Virus record (IMG/VR): IMGVR_UViG_3300028925_005152
Coordinates: 126-64,125 of that record
Origin: a virus
Taxonomy: Duplodnaviria > Caudoviricetes
DNA: 64,000 bases
Reading direction: 5' to 3' (one strand)
A model generated the notes under the pieces. It searched no databases and was not told the DNA's origin. It saw only the letters and a list, made by a program, of their open reading frames with translations. Shown in pieces: positions 38,553-47,424 of the stretch (the stretch's first letter is position 1; the number at the start of each line of letters is the position of its first letter). Made by a program: the position numbers and the translations under genes.

Positions 38553-39335
38553 CTATTTGAGTTTCCATAATGCGTTTTCTATTCCTCTTTCAATCAATTG
38601 GTTTACTGCGTGTTCTATTGCTTTACGAACCGCATAAGTTGTCGATTCATTCTCAGTAGTTCCAGCTTCAATTTCGATTAATTCAGTACCCATATCTAAA
38701 AACTTAAATACATTCATACCAACTTTAGTACTTAATATAGTCTTTTGTGAACTTACCGCAAGTAACACCTCACCAGTTTGTACAGATATTAATCGTAATG
38801 AAACCGATACCATATCTCTACGATATTGGTCACGAATACCTATACCTAAATATCTCGAACCAACACCACCTGTTTCTATATTGGTATCGTAACCAATGAT
38901 ACCACCACTTATAAGAACACCAGCAAACAATAAAGGTCTAACTTTTTCTGACTTATCTCCGTCATAAGTTGCTCTTGTGTTTCTTATGATTTGTCGTTCC
39001 TTTAAAAGATAGTCTAAATCCATCCTTTCAACAACAGTAAACCATTCACCATTACCCGCAGTTTTAAGTGCTTGTACTAATAATGTTCCTGATCCCTGTG
39101 TGACTGCTGTGCTTAATGAGGCAAGGTTGTCACTGGGCTTTCTTTGACCTGTTTGGTCATTAAACTGGTAAACAGCAATCTCAACCTTCCTTTCGGGGGG
39201 TCGATAATTTTTTAACTTGTTCGTCATTGGTGTAGATGTGGCTGTTTCCATCACTTCGTATGTTGTACAACCACCTAAACTAAAAAGTAAAATCACCAAT
39301 AGGAACTGTAATAACTGTTTCACTTCCATTTGCAT
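38553..39335 (-). CDS. csgG: Curli secretion channel CsgG
   Basis: Lipobox LGGC; AVYQF-DQTGQRKP, STAVTQG, WF-VVER-L-LLKERQIIR, GGIIGYD, TGEVL. Confidence 0.95.
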   Translation of the reverse strand: MQMEVKQLLQFLLVILLFSLGGCTTYEVMETATSTPMTNKLKNYRPPERKVEIAVYQFNDQTGQRKPSDNLASLSTAVTQGSGTLLVQALKTAGNGEWFTVVERMDLDYLLKERQIIRNTRATYDGDKSEKVRPLLFAGVLISGGIIGYDTNIETGGVGSRYLGIGIRDQYRRDMVSVSLRLISVQTGEVLLAVSSQKTILSTKVGMNVFKFLDMGTELIEIEAGTTENESTTYAVRKAIEHAVNQLIERGIENALWKLK

Positions 39336-39726
39336 CCAATATTGTTAATGCTACATTGTCTGTATCTTTAATATAGCTGATTGTAGTACCCTCAAATGTG
39401 ACTGTTCCATTCTGATTGGAATTTTCTCCAAACATACTATCCACAAGTTGTTTCGACAGTTGAGCGTAAATTCTTGATTCTACATTCTTTATAAACTTTG
39501 ACTGATTTGTATTTGCAAGATTTCTCTCAAGTTCTCTAGCAGCTGCTGCTTTCTTTTCTTTGTTTGCTTTCACACGAGAATATTCTTGATTCTCGATAGT
39601 AAGAACATGGGAACTATATCCCACTCCACTGAAGGCAGGAGAAACCCACTGGTGAGTCAGGTCAGTAGAATTAGCGTTCATACTAAAAAATACTATTAAT
39701 ATAGTTATTAGACTATGAATTTTCAT
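39280..39726 (-). CDS. csgF: Curli assembly protein CsgF
   Basis: Signal peptide then L-HQW-SPAFSG-G, F-NVESRIYAQLS-QL, G-ETVITVP; next to csgG. Confidence 0.85.
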   Translation of the reverse strand: MKIHSLITILIVFFSMNANSTDLTHQWVSPAFSGVGYSSHVLTIENQEYSRVKANKEKKAAAARELERNLANTNQSKFIKNVESRIYAQLSKQLVDSMFGENSNQNGTVTFEGTTISYIKDTDNVALTILDANGSETVITVPIGDFTF

Positions 39727-40037
39727 TAGCCCTTCTTCCCCCTCTTTCCTTCTTTGTGTAATTGTTCGGTTTCAAGTTTTTCTTTAATTTCGTCTTGTAG
39801 TTTGTCTTTTTCTCTGTATTCCAAAACAACATTTACCTTTTGTTGCAATCGTATCATATCATTATCTAACATACGATTTTGGTCTATACATTTTATGAGA
39901 GCCATGTGCATTGCATCTAACTCTGGTTGAATGTTATTACTAATAAATGCCCATATGTAATATATGAAATATCCCATACCGACAGCCATAACAACTGGAA
40001 ACCCAAATTCAGCAATTAGTGTTCCTATGTCTTGCAT
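39726..40037 (-). CDS. Single-TM coiled-coil protein (holin-like)
   Basis: LIAEFGFPVV TM; paralog of the upstream gene. Confidence 0.6.
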   Translation of the reverse strand: MQDIGTLIAEFGFPVVMAVGMGYFIYYIWAFISNNIQPELDAMHMALIKCIDQNRMLDNDMIRLQQKVNVVLEYREKDKLQDEIKEKLETEQLHKEGKRGKKG

Positions 40038-40330
40038 TAATCTCGCCTCACATCAAGCTTACCATCTTCTTTGAAGTTTTCAGCACGAGCAATACGATTA
40101 ATGTCGGGAGTCACTCCTAAAGCAGAACTAACTAATAAATCAATTTTTATCAACTCATTACATCCCACTCTCGCACGATCTTCGAGCATTTTACAAAACA
40201 TAGTCAGAGTTTTTATTTGGTCAATTATACCTTCAAGTATTTGTTTTAATACCATGAATATAAAAAATCCCATTAATATTGCTACCGCAATTGGAACTCC
40301 GACTTCAGCAATTAGAGTAAATACATCCAT
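40037..40330 (-). CDS. Single-TM coiled-coil protein (holin-like)
   Basis: LIAEVGVPIAV TM. Confidence 0.6.
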   Translation of the reverse strand: MDVFTLIAEVGVPIAVAILMGFFIFMVLKQILEGIIDQIKTLTMFCKMLEDRARVGCNELIKIDLLVSSALGVTPDINRIARAENFKEDGKLDVRRD

Positions 40331-40351
40331 AGCTTACAGCCTCTTTTTAAC

Positions 40352-40359
40352 TATTTATA
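40352..40359 (-). promoter_or_regulatory. T4-type late promoter for the curli/cyclase operon
   Basis: TATAAATA on the minus strand. Confidence 0.75.
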
Positions 40360-40405
40360 AGATTCGGAAAGGATACTTGGTATATATGGGATAAAATGGT
40401 GCCGA

Positions 40406-40443
40406 TAAAAAAGTCTCCATTAAAAATAACAGAGACTTTATTT
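40406..40443 (-). terminator. Possible terminator
   Basis: AAAGTCTC/GAGACTTT inverted repeat with a T-run on the minus strand. Confidence 0.45.
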
Positions 40444-40462
40444 CGTATTTAAGTTGTGGTAA

Positions 40463-41068
40463 TTACTTAACTTTAGCGTTTACTTTGCGGTGTTTGTTCC
40501 ATGCAGCGAACCCACCTAATCTTAATGCCCAATATGCGAGATAGTTCATGACTTTAAATCCATTGATTTCTATATTTATATCTCTAAACATCTTATCAGA
40601 TTCTTTTTGTGTAAGCTTACCATAAGTACCTTTTGCATTTTTCTTCAGTGTTTCATATTTATACGCATAGTCATGGACTAGTCCACCCATCAACAGAACT
40701 CCTGTTGGGGATAACCATGTGTGTAAAAACTTAGGAATAGATGCACCATCAAACTGAAACCCTTTAGGGATTATGTATTGAACTCCATTAAGCTTAAATA
40801 CAAACTTCTTTGCGATTATCCAATTACGACTTCCGGTCATCCACATCCAGATTGCACCCCAAAATCCTTTATCCTTTGTTGCAATAGGAATAGGTATCAT
40901 GTGTGGCATTTCTGAATATTCAAACACATGGGAATCTTTACAAAGACATTCCTTGTCATCAAACAAATTAATAATCCAACCAATAATAATTATAATACCA
41001 ACAACTGTAAACTGCCACCATGTGACTAGTTGTTGTAGAATAAAGTCTGTTATTTCAATCTGTGTCAT
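40463..41068 (-). CDS. DUF1353-like membrane-anchored protein
   Basis: IPKGF-FDGASIP, LVHD-Y, SD-MF, LRLGG-W. Confidence 0.8.
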   Translation of the reverse strand: MTQIEITDFILQQLVTWWQFTVVGIIIIIGWIINLFDDKECLCKDSHVFEYSEMPHMIPIPIATKDKGFWGAIWMWMTGSRNWIIAKKFVFKLNGVQYIIPKGFQFDGASIPKFLHTWLSPTGVLLMGGLVHDYAYKYETLKKNAKGTYGKLTQKESDKMFRDINIEINGFKVMNYLAYWALRLGGFAAWNKHRKVNAKVK

Positions 41069-41472
41069 TTGTCCGTTTCCCCTATTGCTGTTGGTGCTAC
41101 AGCACCCTCATAGTAAACAATAATTTGTTTTTGTTGTTCTATGTAACGTCTTAATTCTGAGAAATTTAAACTCAAATTCTCATAGTCTTTTACAGATAAA
41201 GCAATGTATGCATCAGCACCATTCTTTTTCTCAAAATCTGATATAAACTTATCATAGTTTAATTTTGAAACTACATAAATTTTTACATCATTAAGCTGTA
41301 CTTTCTTTGGGTGTGTTGCTATTGGAACAGTTGTTTTAACAGTATTAGTTACTGTTATTACTTTCGATTCCGGCAGATACTTGCTCATCATGCTGCACCC
41401 CGACAGTATTGTCAGTGAGAGCAGTAAGATCAACCCATAACTTATTTGTCGCATTTTGCATCCTCTTTTCAA
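41065..41472 (-). CDS. Outer-membrane lipoprotein spanin (Rz1-like)
   Basis: Lipobox LSGC; overlaps the 3' end of the upstream TM/coiled-coil gene. Confidence 0.7.
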   Translation of the reverse strand: MKRGCKMRQISYGLILLLSLTILSGCSMMSKYLPESKVITVTNTVKTTVPIATHPKKVQLNDVKIYVVSKLNYDKFISDFEKKNGADAYIALSVKDYENLSLNFSELRRYIEQQKQIIVYYEGAVAPTAIGETDK

Positions 41473-41782
41473 TCAGCCCCGGCTTCTTATTTGCTAAGTG
41501 GGTTAGATTGTGTTTCTGTAATGTAGATCGGAGTTCATCTCCGTATTTTTCTGCTTGTTGCAAACTAGCTTGTAGTTTAGAATTTAGTTTTGCATTTTGA
41601 ACTGCACTTTCTTCAAGTGTCTTAACACTTGCTTCACTAATCTGCACAGCAACTTCTAGTTTTGCATTGTTTTCACGCAATGTCGCTATCGTTGCTTGAG
41701 TTGTATCATAGTAATACTTAGCACTCAAACCAGCAGCACTAATGATTCCCACTAAAATAATTATTGCATATAATTTAAACAT
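41345..41782 (-). CDS. Inner-membrane spanin (Rz-like)
   Basis: N-terminal TM, coiled coil, KPGLIE motif. Confidence 0.7.
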   Translation of the reverse strand: MFKLYAIIILVGIISAAGLSAKYYYDTTQATIATLRENNAKLEVAVQISEASVKTLEESAVQNAKLNSKLQASLQQAEKYGDELRSTLQKHNLTHLANKKPGLIEKRMQNATNKLWVDLTALTDNTVGVQHDEQVSAGIESNNSN

Positions 41783-41784
41783 AT

Positions 41785-41946
41785 TTATTCAGATTTCCAA
41801 ATTGACCATGCGCCATAAGCAATCGCTCCGTATGCAGCAAGTGAAGCAAAAGGGCCTGCTATGAGTATAACTACACCGACTACAATCAACGCAGCTCCAT
41901 TCCAAGTAGTTCTTTCTTCTACTCTATCCTTTACCCAATCAATCAT
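41785..41946 (-). CDS. Small two-TM protein (holin candidate, 53 aa)
   Basis: Hand-translated MIDWVKDRVEERTTWNGAALIVVGVVILIAGPFASLAAYGAIAYGAWSIWKSE. Confidence 0.6.
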   Translation of the reverse strand: MIDWVKDRVEERTTWNGAALIVVGVVILIAGPFASLAAYGAIAYGAWSIWKSE

Positions 41947-41947
41947 A

Positions 41948-42703
41948 CTATTCTCCTTTTTCTTTTGTAATCTTTTTCATTTTTTCTATGTATGCACGAT
42001 AAACAGCAGCCTCTGCGCCTTTACCCATTTCTTTTGCTCTTTGTTCCATTGCAATTGCAGCTTGTATCTTATGTGCATGGGTTTTACCAGAACCCTTTAT
42101 CTTAGTTACACTACTCTTTGCATCTTTAACAGTTGCAAACTTCAATCCCTGTATTGTTCCTTTTGGATTTTCATCTGTGTATAAGTCAGAATGTTTATCA
42201 CTTCCTGCTGGTTGTCCTTTTTTTCTAGGTATTCTAGGTACTTCTTTAATCTGTTCAAAACTCAACTTTGGCCCAGATGTCTGGAAGTTCTTTTTTCTCA
42301 TTACTGTCTTTGCAACGAGTTCCAGTTTCCCACCCTTTAGATTTAATGCAAAAGGCATGTTGATATTAGTTTTCATATCATTGATTACTGCTTGAGCATC
42401 AGGCCCTAATTTTACAATACTTTTACCATACTTTTTGTAAGACTGTTTGAACAATCTTGTTAGTTCTGCTGAAGTGATTTGTTTAACATTCCTTGAATCA
42501 TTAACTCTATCCAAAAAATGTCTGGTGAACTCTACATCAATACCTAGAGATGCAAATATTTTATCTGCATATCTTTCAATTTGGTCTAGGTCTGATTTTT
42601 TGACTTGTTTTTCATCAGCTGCATTTAGGTCACCAACAGGATGCATCTTATCTAATGCAGGCCCAAAAGAATTTTCATCTAGGTGAGTTAAAAAGGTTTT
42701 CAT
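41948..42703 (-). CDS. Two-module protein with capsid-targeting-like leader
   Basis: MKTFLTHLDE; module 1 FTRHFLDRVND, module 2 PRIPRKKGQPA-SDKHSDLYTDENP. Confidence 0.65.
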   Translation of the reverse strand: MKTFLTHLDENSFGPALDKMHPVGDLNAADEKQVKKSDLDQIERYADKIFASLGIDVEFTRHFLDRVNDSRNVKQITSAELTRLFKQSYKKYGKSIVKLGPDAQAVINDMKTNINMPFALNLKGGKLELVAKTVMRKKNFQTSGPKLSFEQIKEVPRIPRKKGQPAGSDKHSDLYTDENPKGTIQGLKFATVKDAKSSVTKIKGSGKTHAHKIQAAIAMEQRAKEMGKGAEAAVYRAYIEKMKKITKEKGE

Positions 42704-42710
42704 AGGAAAA

Positions 42711-43223
42711 CTATCTCATTTTTACCATTTTCATTACCGCAGAAGCTGCCGCCATGAATTGTTTTTTATTACCATTAATCATTTTGGTAAGTTTTGCTTT
42801 ATTGTCAGCATTAACTTTATTCATAACTTGAACAAGTGCAGATGCAGTAAACAAATCTACCTTCAATGAACCATCTTTTAACTTGATACTTTTATTCTGT
42901 TTTCTTTTAACAATATCTTTCAGAACATCTAGATTATCTTCTACAAGAAATGATTCACGATTAAACTCACCGATTGATTCTTGAACTTTTTCAACAAACT
43001 TAGATTTTTTAGCATTTTCTCTTTTCATTCTTTTTGCTTCTAATCTTGCTTTATGTTCTTTGTATGCTTTAGTTCTGGCATCGAGCAGAGAGTGTTTTTT
43101 CTTTTTTCTCATTCCTGTAGGATTCATGTCTACACCACTACCTTGACCGGCAAAGTTCGTAGGAACATCTTCATCTATATCTTGACCAGTGTAAGCACTG
43201 ACCTCTTTCCATTTAGCTGTCAT
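42711..43223 (-). CDS. Hypothetical, possible head-internal protein
   Basis: IDE/LVE-delimited segments. Confidence 0.6.
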   Translation of the reverse strand: MTAKWKEVSAYTGQDIDEDVPTNFAGQGSGVDMNPTGMRKKKKHSLLDARTKAYKEHKARLEAKRMKRENAKKSKFVEKVQESIGEFNRESFLVEDNLDVLKDIVKRKQNKSIKLKDGSLKVDLFTASALVQVMNKVNADNKAKLTKMINGNKKQFMAAASAVMKMVKMR

Positions 43224-43830
43224 CTTTTAAATCCTCTAAACTTACATATATTTTTTCTTGACTTTTAATGTGAACAACAGGGAAAATTTCAACACCCAAA
43301 ATTGTATCTACAGGAGCTTCGTCCTCAAAGGCAACAACCTTATCACCTTTTTTAGCAGATAGTTCTTCTTCCTCTGTATTTAGTATATCGTTACTTAGTA
43401 CATAATTTCCTTTGGGTAAAACCTCACCAAAACCAATTACATCTTCACTAATACTATTATCTAGTGTAACACCTTCTTCTTTGAGAAACTTCATAAACTC
43501 TTTCTCAAACACATGTGGGTCATCTACTGATTCTTTGAATGTATCTTTCAGTAGGAATAATGCAGCAGCATAAGTACCAACCTTTGTTCTGAGGCCCGGC
43601 ACTTTATTAAAAATCTTTTTTATATTAAAAACTAATTTATGCAGAATTGTATATGCATTTTTTTGTTCTGTTGTTGCAAGGTCGACCAGAGGTTGTGTAG
43701 ATTTGGGTTTCTTAACACGATTACCATCGGCATCAATGATTCCTAGCTTAAACGCATCCGTTTTTGAAAACGGAGTTGTAAGTAATTTTAGAAATCTATA
43801 GGTTACAAATAAATCTATCGCCCTACCCAT
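43213..43830 (-). CDS. Conserved T4-like hypothetical protein
   Basis: YRFLKLL-TPF-DAFKLGIID-G, AYT-HKLVFNIK. Confidence 0.7.
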   Translation of the reverse strand: MGRAIDLFVTYRFLKLLTTPFSKTDAFKLGIIDADGNRVKKPKSTQPLVDLATTEQKNAYTILHKLVFNIKKIFNKVPGLRTKVGTYAAALFLLKDTFKESVDDPHVFEKEFMKFLKEEGVTLDNSISEDVIGFGEVLPKGNYVLSNDILNTEEEELSAKKGDKVVAFEDEAPVDTILGVEIFPVVHIKSQEKIYVSLEDLKDDS

Positions 43831-44192
43831 TACAGTTCCTTCAATGTTTCATAGACATTCTTGTCTATTTTTATATGGTCTAACTCATCTTCCCTAAGAA
43901 TATTTAGGAATAATAAAAATGCTTTCATCGCAGGCCAGTATTCATCTTGTATCTTAAATAACAAGAGTGTAGCACAGGCATCTGAACCAAAAACATTATG
44001 CAAGACAATAATATGATTCAACAACAACCTTTCTTTAAGTATTCCTGTATCATTATATTTTCTCAAAAGTCGTTTAATATATTTAAACCTTTTGAGATCA
44101 TCTTCAAATTCTTTTTCCCCTTCGCAATGTGGATTATCATAATGCCTTATGGCATACATATAAACATTGTCTGAGGTTATCGTTTCATACAT
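43830..44192 (-). CDS. Conserved T4-like hypothetical protein
   Basis: Y-NP-C-EF-DLKRFKYIKRLL, ERLLLNH-IVL-NVFG. Confidence 0.75.
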   Translation of the reverse strand: MYETITSDNVYMYAIRHYDNPHCEGEKEFEDDLKRFKYIKRLLRKYNDTGILKERLLLNHIIVLHNVFGSDACATLLLFKIQDEYWPAMKAFLLFLNILREDELDHIKIDKNVYETLKEL

Positions 44193-44644
44193 CAGCCTAG
44201 GCTGGCGTAAACTTTACACGATTGATTTCTTGGCATCATTTCATATTCAATCTTCAAACTTAGTCCACCTTCTACAATATGGGAAATTCCATCGTCATTA
44301 ATAAATTCATCGTATGGGGTATTTTCGTCTTTACCAAATCTACCACCAAATCGTGATAGTGGAAGATCGAACTTACCACCTTGTCCTTCCATAGCCGGAA
44401 CTGCACCAAAATCTAAACCTATTTTGTTCATAGAACCTTTAAGTCTGTGAATGGCGTGTTCTGGTGAAAGATATTCCATGTTACCAATTTGACCAACTAT
44501 TGCGTTAATTCTTTTGCGAACAGCAGGATTTGCTAAATCAGCAGGATTAGATTCAACACTACCACCTAAGTTACTTGGATTTTCTCCAACAGGCCCAGTG
44601 GGGAAACCAGTGTCCTCTGTTACAAATTTTTTAAAAGATTTCAT
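44192..44644 (-). CDS. Hypothetical protein with capsid-targeting-like leader
   Basis: MKSFKKFVTE. Confidence 0.65.
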   Translation of the reverse strand: MKSFKKFVTEDTGFPTGPVGENPSNLGGSVESNPADLANPAVRKRINAIVGQIGNMEYLSPEHAIHRLKGSMNKIGLDFGAVPAMEGQGGKFDLPLSRFGGRFGKDENTPYDEFINDDGISHIVEGGLSLKIEYEMMPRNQSCKVYASLG

Positions 44645-44673
44645 TCTTGTATCCTTTTCCTATCACCCTTAGT

Positions 44674-44706
44674 AAAAAAGGGGAGAGAGATATGTTCCCT
44701 CTCCCC
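44674..44706 (-). terminator. Rho-independent terminator
   Basis: GGGGAGAG/CTCTCCCC stem followed by a T-run on the minus strand. Confidence 0.65.
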
Positions 44707-44750
44707 AGTACTATTTAGTAAGTTAATACTAAGACTTATCCATCTAAAGA

Positions 44751-45227
44751 TTAGTCTTGAGCAACTTCAGCAACACCTGTATCTGCGGCAGCAGCATGAG
44801 ATGCCAATAAGAACCATGAGGTTCCCATCCAAATACACGTTACTGTATCACCAACAGTTGCAAAGTCGATATCTACGAAACCAGTAGCATCAGTTGGAGT
44901 CATTTCAGAAGTACCACCGTCTGTATCGTGAACGATGATTTTGATTTGACCCACTACTGTTCCATCAGCAAGAGTAGTAGCAACAGAACCAGTAGTCTGT
45001 AACGTAGTAATAGCAGTAGTTGCGTTAGCAATTGTTACAGAGTTATCAGCCATATCTTGAACTGAATTTGAAAATCCAATAAAAGTAGGTAGGTTGTTTA
45101 CAAAGTTTGTTACAGAAATTTTCTTGTTAATTGGTGTTCCTGTAGGATCATCAACAACATGAAGTAAATCTGCTCCGGCGATTCCTGTGGAAAGGTCGGT
45201 TAGTGCCGTAATTTTCTTATCAGCCAT
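44751..45227 (-). CDS. Virion structural protein, paralog 4 of array
   Basis: MADKKITALT...DLLHVVDDPTGTPINKKIS. Confidence 0.7.
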   Translation of the reverse strand: MADKKITALTDLSTGIAGADLLHVVDDPTGTPINKKISVTNFVNNLPTFIGFSNSVQDMADNSVTIANATTAITTLQTTGSVATTLADGTVVGQIKIIVHDTDGGTSEMTPTDATGFVDIDFATVGDTVTCIWMGTSWFLLASHAAAADTGVAEVAQD

Positions 45228-45251
45228 TTTAATAGTCTCCTTTGACTAGCG

Positions 45252-45524
45252 TTATATTAACCCCATTACTACGTTGTTTTGGGGAATGTTACTGTCGGCA
45301 TTATTTCCGACATCACCTGAGTCATCTGAACTAGGTTCGTTTGGCTCGTCATCATTAAATTCTTCTAGGAAATTCAAGCATTGTTGTTTTGCACCATTCA
45401 GTGCGTTCATCAATGCAATCGTATCCGTCTTTTGCTTTTCTAATTCTTGAAGTTGCTGATTTACTTTTTGTATGTCAGCGTCAAGAACAGATAATCTATT
45501 TTCAATTTTAGACTTTTCTAGCAT
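45252..45524 (-). CDS. Small coiled-coil late protein (possible fiber chaperone)
   Basis: Start MLEK behind TATAAATA at 45536-45543. Confidence 0.55.
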   Translation of the reverse strand: MLEKSKIENRLSVLDADIQKVNQQLQELEKQKTDTIALMNALNGAKQQCLNFLEEFNDDEPNEPSSDDSGDVGNNADSNIPQNNVVMGLI

Positions 45525-45546
45525 AATGTATTCTCTATTTATAACG

Positions 45547-45579
45547 AAAAATGATGACCACCCGAAAGTGGTCATTATT
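45547..45579 (-). terminator. Rho-independent terminator
   Basis: ATGATGACCAC/GTGGTCATTAT stem with a T-run on the minus strand. Confidence 0.7.
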
Positions 45580-45585
45580 CAACTA

Positions 45586-46137
45586 CTATTGGTCAGCAAA
45601 ATCTGGAACAGTAGCACTTCCAACAAATCCAGACAAATGATATACTGTTGTAGAAACACCAGTAAGTGTGACTTCAAATCTATCTGGTAATCTAATACCT
45701 AAAATTGAATTTGAGTCATTGTCTGAAAAAGCAACTGCATTAGTGTTACCATCGGTGTCAAAATGTGTTAGACTACCTTTAAAGAATACACTATTATCAG
45801 TTGCAACAGTAGAAATGATAATATCATGTCCATCTGCAGCAGTATGTTGATACTGAAATTTAAAAACCATACCAGGCTTTGGTGCTGGTAGTTTAAAAGT
45901 TTTATCAGCAGATGAAATATCTGCAAATGTCAAAGTTCTATGAGCATGATCTGCTTCATTCAAGTTTTGGTTAGCGTTTGTTAACACAACAACACTATTA
46001 TTAGCATTGTAGTAATCACCAAGTGATTCCTTTTTGTTTAGTGGTGTTCCGCTTGGATTATCAATAAGGTGCAACAAGTCTTCTCTAGCAGCTGCAGTCC
46101 CCAAAGATGTTAAGGCGGTTAATTTTAAGTCGGCCAT
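45586..46137 (-). CDS. Virion structural protein, paralog 3 of array
   Basis: [10 protein letters not shown]...[18 protein letters not shown]. Confidence 0.7.
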   Translation of the reverse strand: MADLKLTALTSLGTAAAREDLLHLIDNPSGTPLNKKESLGDYYNANNSVVVLTNANQNLNEADHAHRTLTFADISSADKTFKLPAPKPGMVFKFQYQHTAADGHDIIISTVATDNSVFFKGSLTHFDTDGNTNAVAFSDNDSNSILGIRLPDRFEVTLTGVSTTVYHLSGFVGSATVPDFADQ

Positions 46138-46162
46138 CAGGCTTCTCCTTTATTTATTTGAG

Positions 46163-46699
46163 TTATGCAATGGTTGGTGCTGTTATTGATGAAACAAAAC
46201 CAGACAAGTGCCATTCAGTAGTTGATACTCCAGTACATATAATATCTATATTCTGTGGTTTGATAATAGTAAGCAAATCATCAGCTGAATTATCAGATGG
46301 AACAACTGATAAAGCGTTACCATCAGTGTCAGCAAACAAAAGACTACCACTAAAGAACTCGGAAGCTCCTACTGGTGCTATTGAAGTGTCTGAAGCATCA
46401 GCAGCTGCACCACCATAAGTAAATCTGAAAACTAGACCAGCTTTTGGTACTGGTAATGTGTAAGCAGAATTTCCTGTTTGATCTGGTATAATTAACATTC
46501 TATGAGAATGTAGTGCTTCAGTTATTGTTATTGCTCCGGCAGCAAGTGTTACTGGTGCGGCTAGTGAATTTACCATGTCACCAACAGTAACTTTTTTGTT
46601 GATTGGTGTTCCTGTAGGATCATCAATTATGTGTAAAACATCTTCTCTGGCAGTTCCGGCTGCTAATGATGTCATAGCGGTTATTTTTAAATCAGCCAT
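46163..46699 (-). CDS. Virion structural protein, paralog 2 of array
   Basis: MADLKITAMT...EDVLHIIDDPTGTPINKKVT. Confidence 0.7.
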   Translation of the reverse strand: MADLKITAMTSLAAGTAREDVLHIIDDPTGTPINKKVTVGDMVNSLAAPVTLAAGAITITEALHSHRMLIIPDQTGNSAYTLPVPKAGLVFRFTYGGAAADASDTSIAPVGASEFFSGSLLFADTDGNALSVVPSDNSADDLLTIIKPQNIDIICTGVSTTEWHLSGFVSSITAPTIA

Positions 46700-46728
46700 T
46701 AGGCTTCTCCTTTATTTAATTCGATTTA

Positions 46729-47271
46729 TTAGTCAGCGATTGTTGGTACTGTGGCAGAACATACAAAACCAGACAGTTGCCATGTAGTTGCAGAGATTCC
46801 AGTACAAAGAATACTAAAGTTTTGTGGTGTAACTAGAGTAATCAATTCATTTGAATCGTTATCTGAAAATACAGAGGCACTTGTGTTCCCATCAATATCA
46901 AGATGGTATAGACCACCCAGAAAGAAAAGTGAATTATCAGTTCCAGCAGATATTGCAGTATTTTGTACATCAGCAGCAATACCACCATAGGTAAAGTTAA
47001 AAGTCATTCCAATTTTTGGTGTAGGTAATGTCAAAATTGAACTACCAGTTTGGTTTGGTACAATTAACATTCTATTAGCATGAGTTGCTTCTGTTAATGC
47101 TTGAGTTCCAGCAGCAAGTTTTACTGGTGCAGCCATTGCGTTGTACATTTCAGCAATAGTTACCTTCTTATTGATAGGTGTTCCAGATGGATCATCTATT
47201 ACATGGAGCAAATCTTCTCTTGCAGCAGCTGCTGCGATTGAAGTTAATCCAGTTATTTTTAAATCGGCCAT
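46729..47271 (-). CDS. Virion structural protein, paralog 1 of array
   Basis: MADLKITGLT...EDLLHVIDDPSGTPINKKVT. Confidence 0.7.
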   Translation of the reverse strand: MADLKITGLTSIAAAAAREDLLHVIDDPSGTPINKKVTIAEMYNAMAAPVKLAAGTQALTEATHANRMLIVPNQTGSSILTLPTPKIGMTFNFTYGGIAADVQNTAISAGTDNSLFFLGGLYHLDIDGNTSASVFSDNDSNELITLVTPQNFSILCTGISATTWQLSGFVCSATVPTIAD

Positions 47272-47384
47272 TAGGCTTCTCCTTTATTTAAACCCCTTTA
47301 TTGGGGAATACTACTGTGAGAAATCAGACGAATCCTATCTCACATCACAAGTAGTCTAGTTAAAGACCCATCGTAATTCTTAAT

Positions 47385-47406
47385 GAGGGGTAAATCAATA
47401 CCCCTC
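47385..47406 (-). terminator. Hairpin after the 436-aa structural gene
   Basis: GAGGGGTA/TACCCCTC inverted repeat; weak T-run. Confidence 0.45.
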
Positions 47407-47424
47407 GTGTTATTCTATTTGTCG

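Noticed and set aside
44751-47290. Possible CRISPR array or DGR template/variable repeats
   Set aside because: Repeats are RBS and N-terminal coding sequence of paralogs; no regular spacers, reverse transcriptase or adenine-specific variation seen.
45255-47356. Hammerhead ribozyme reading of the repeated leader
   Set aside because: No CUGANGA/GAAA core in the required arrangement.
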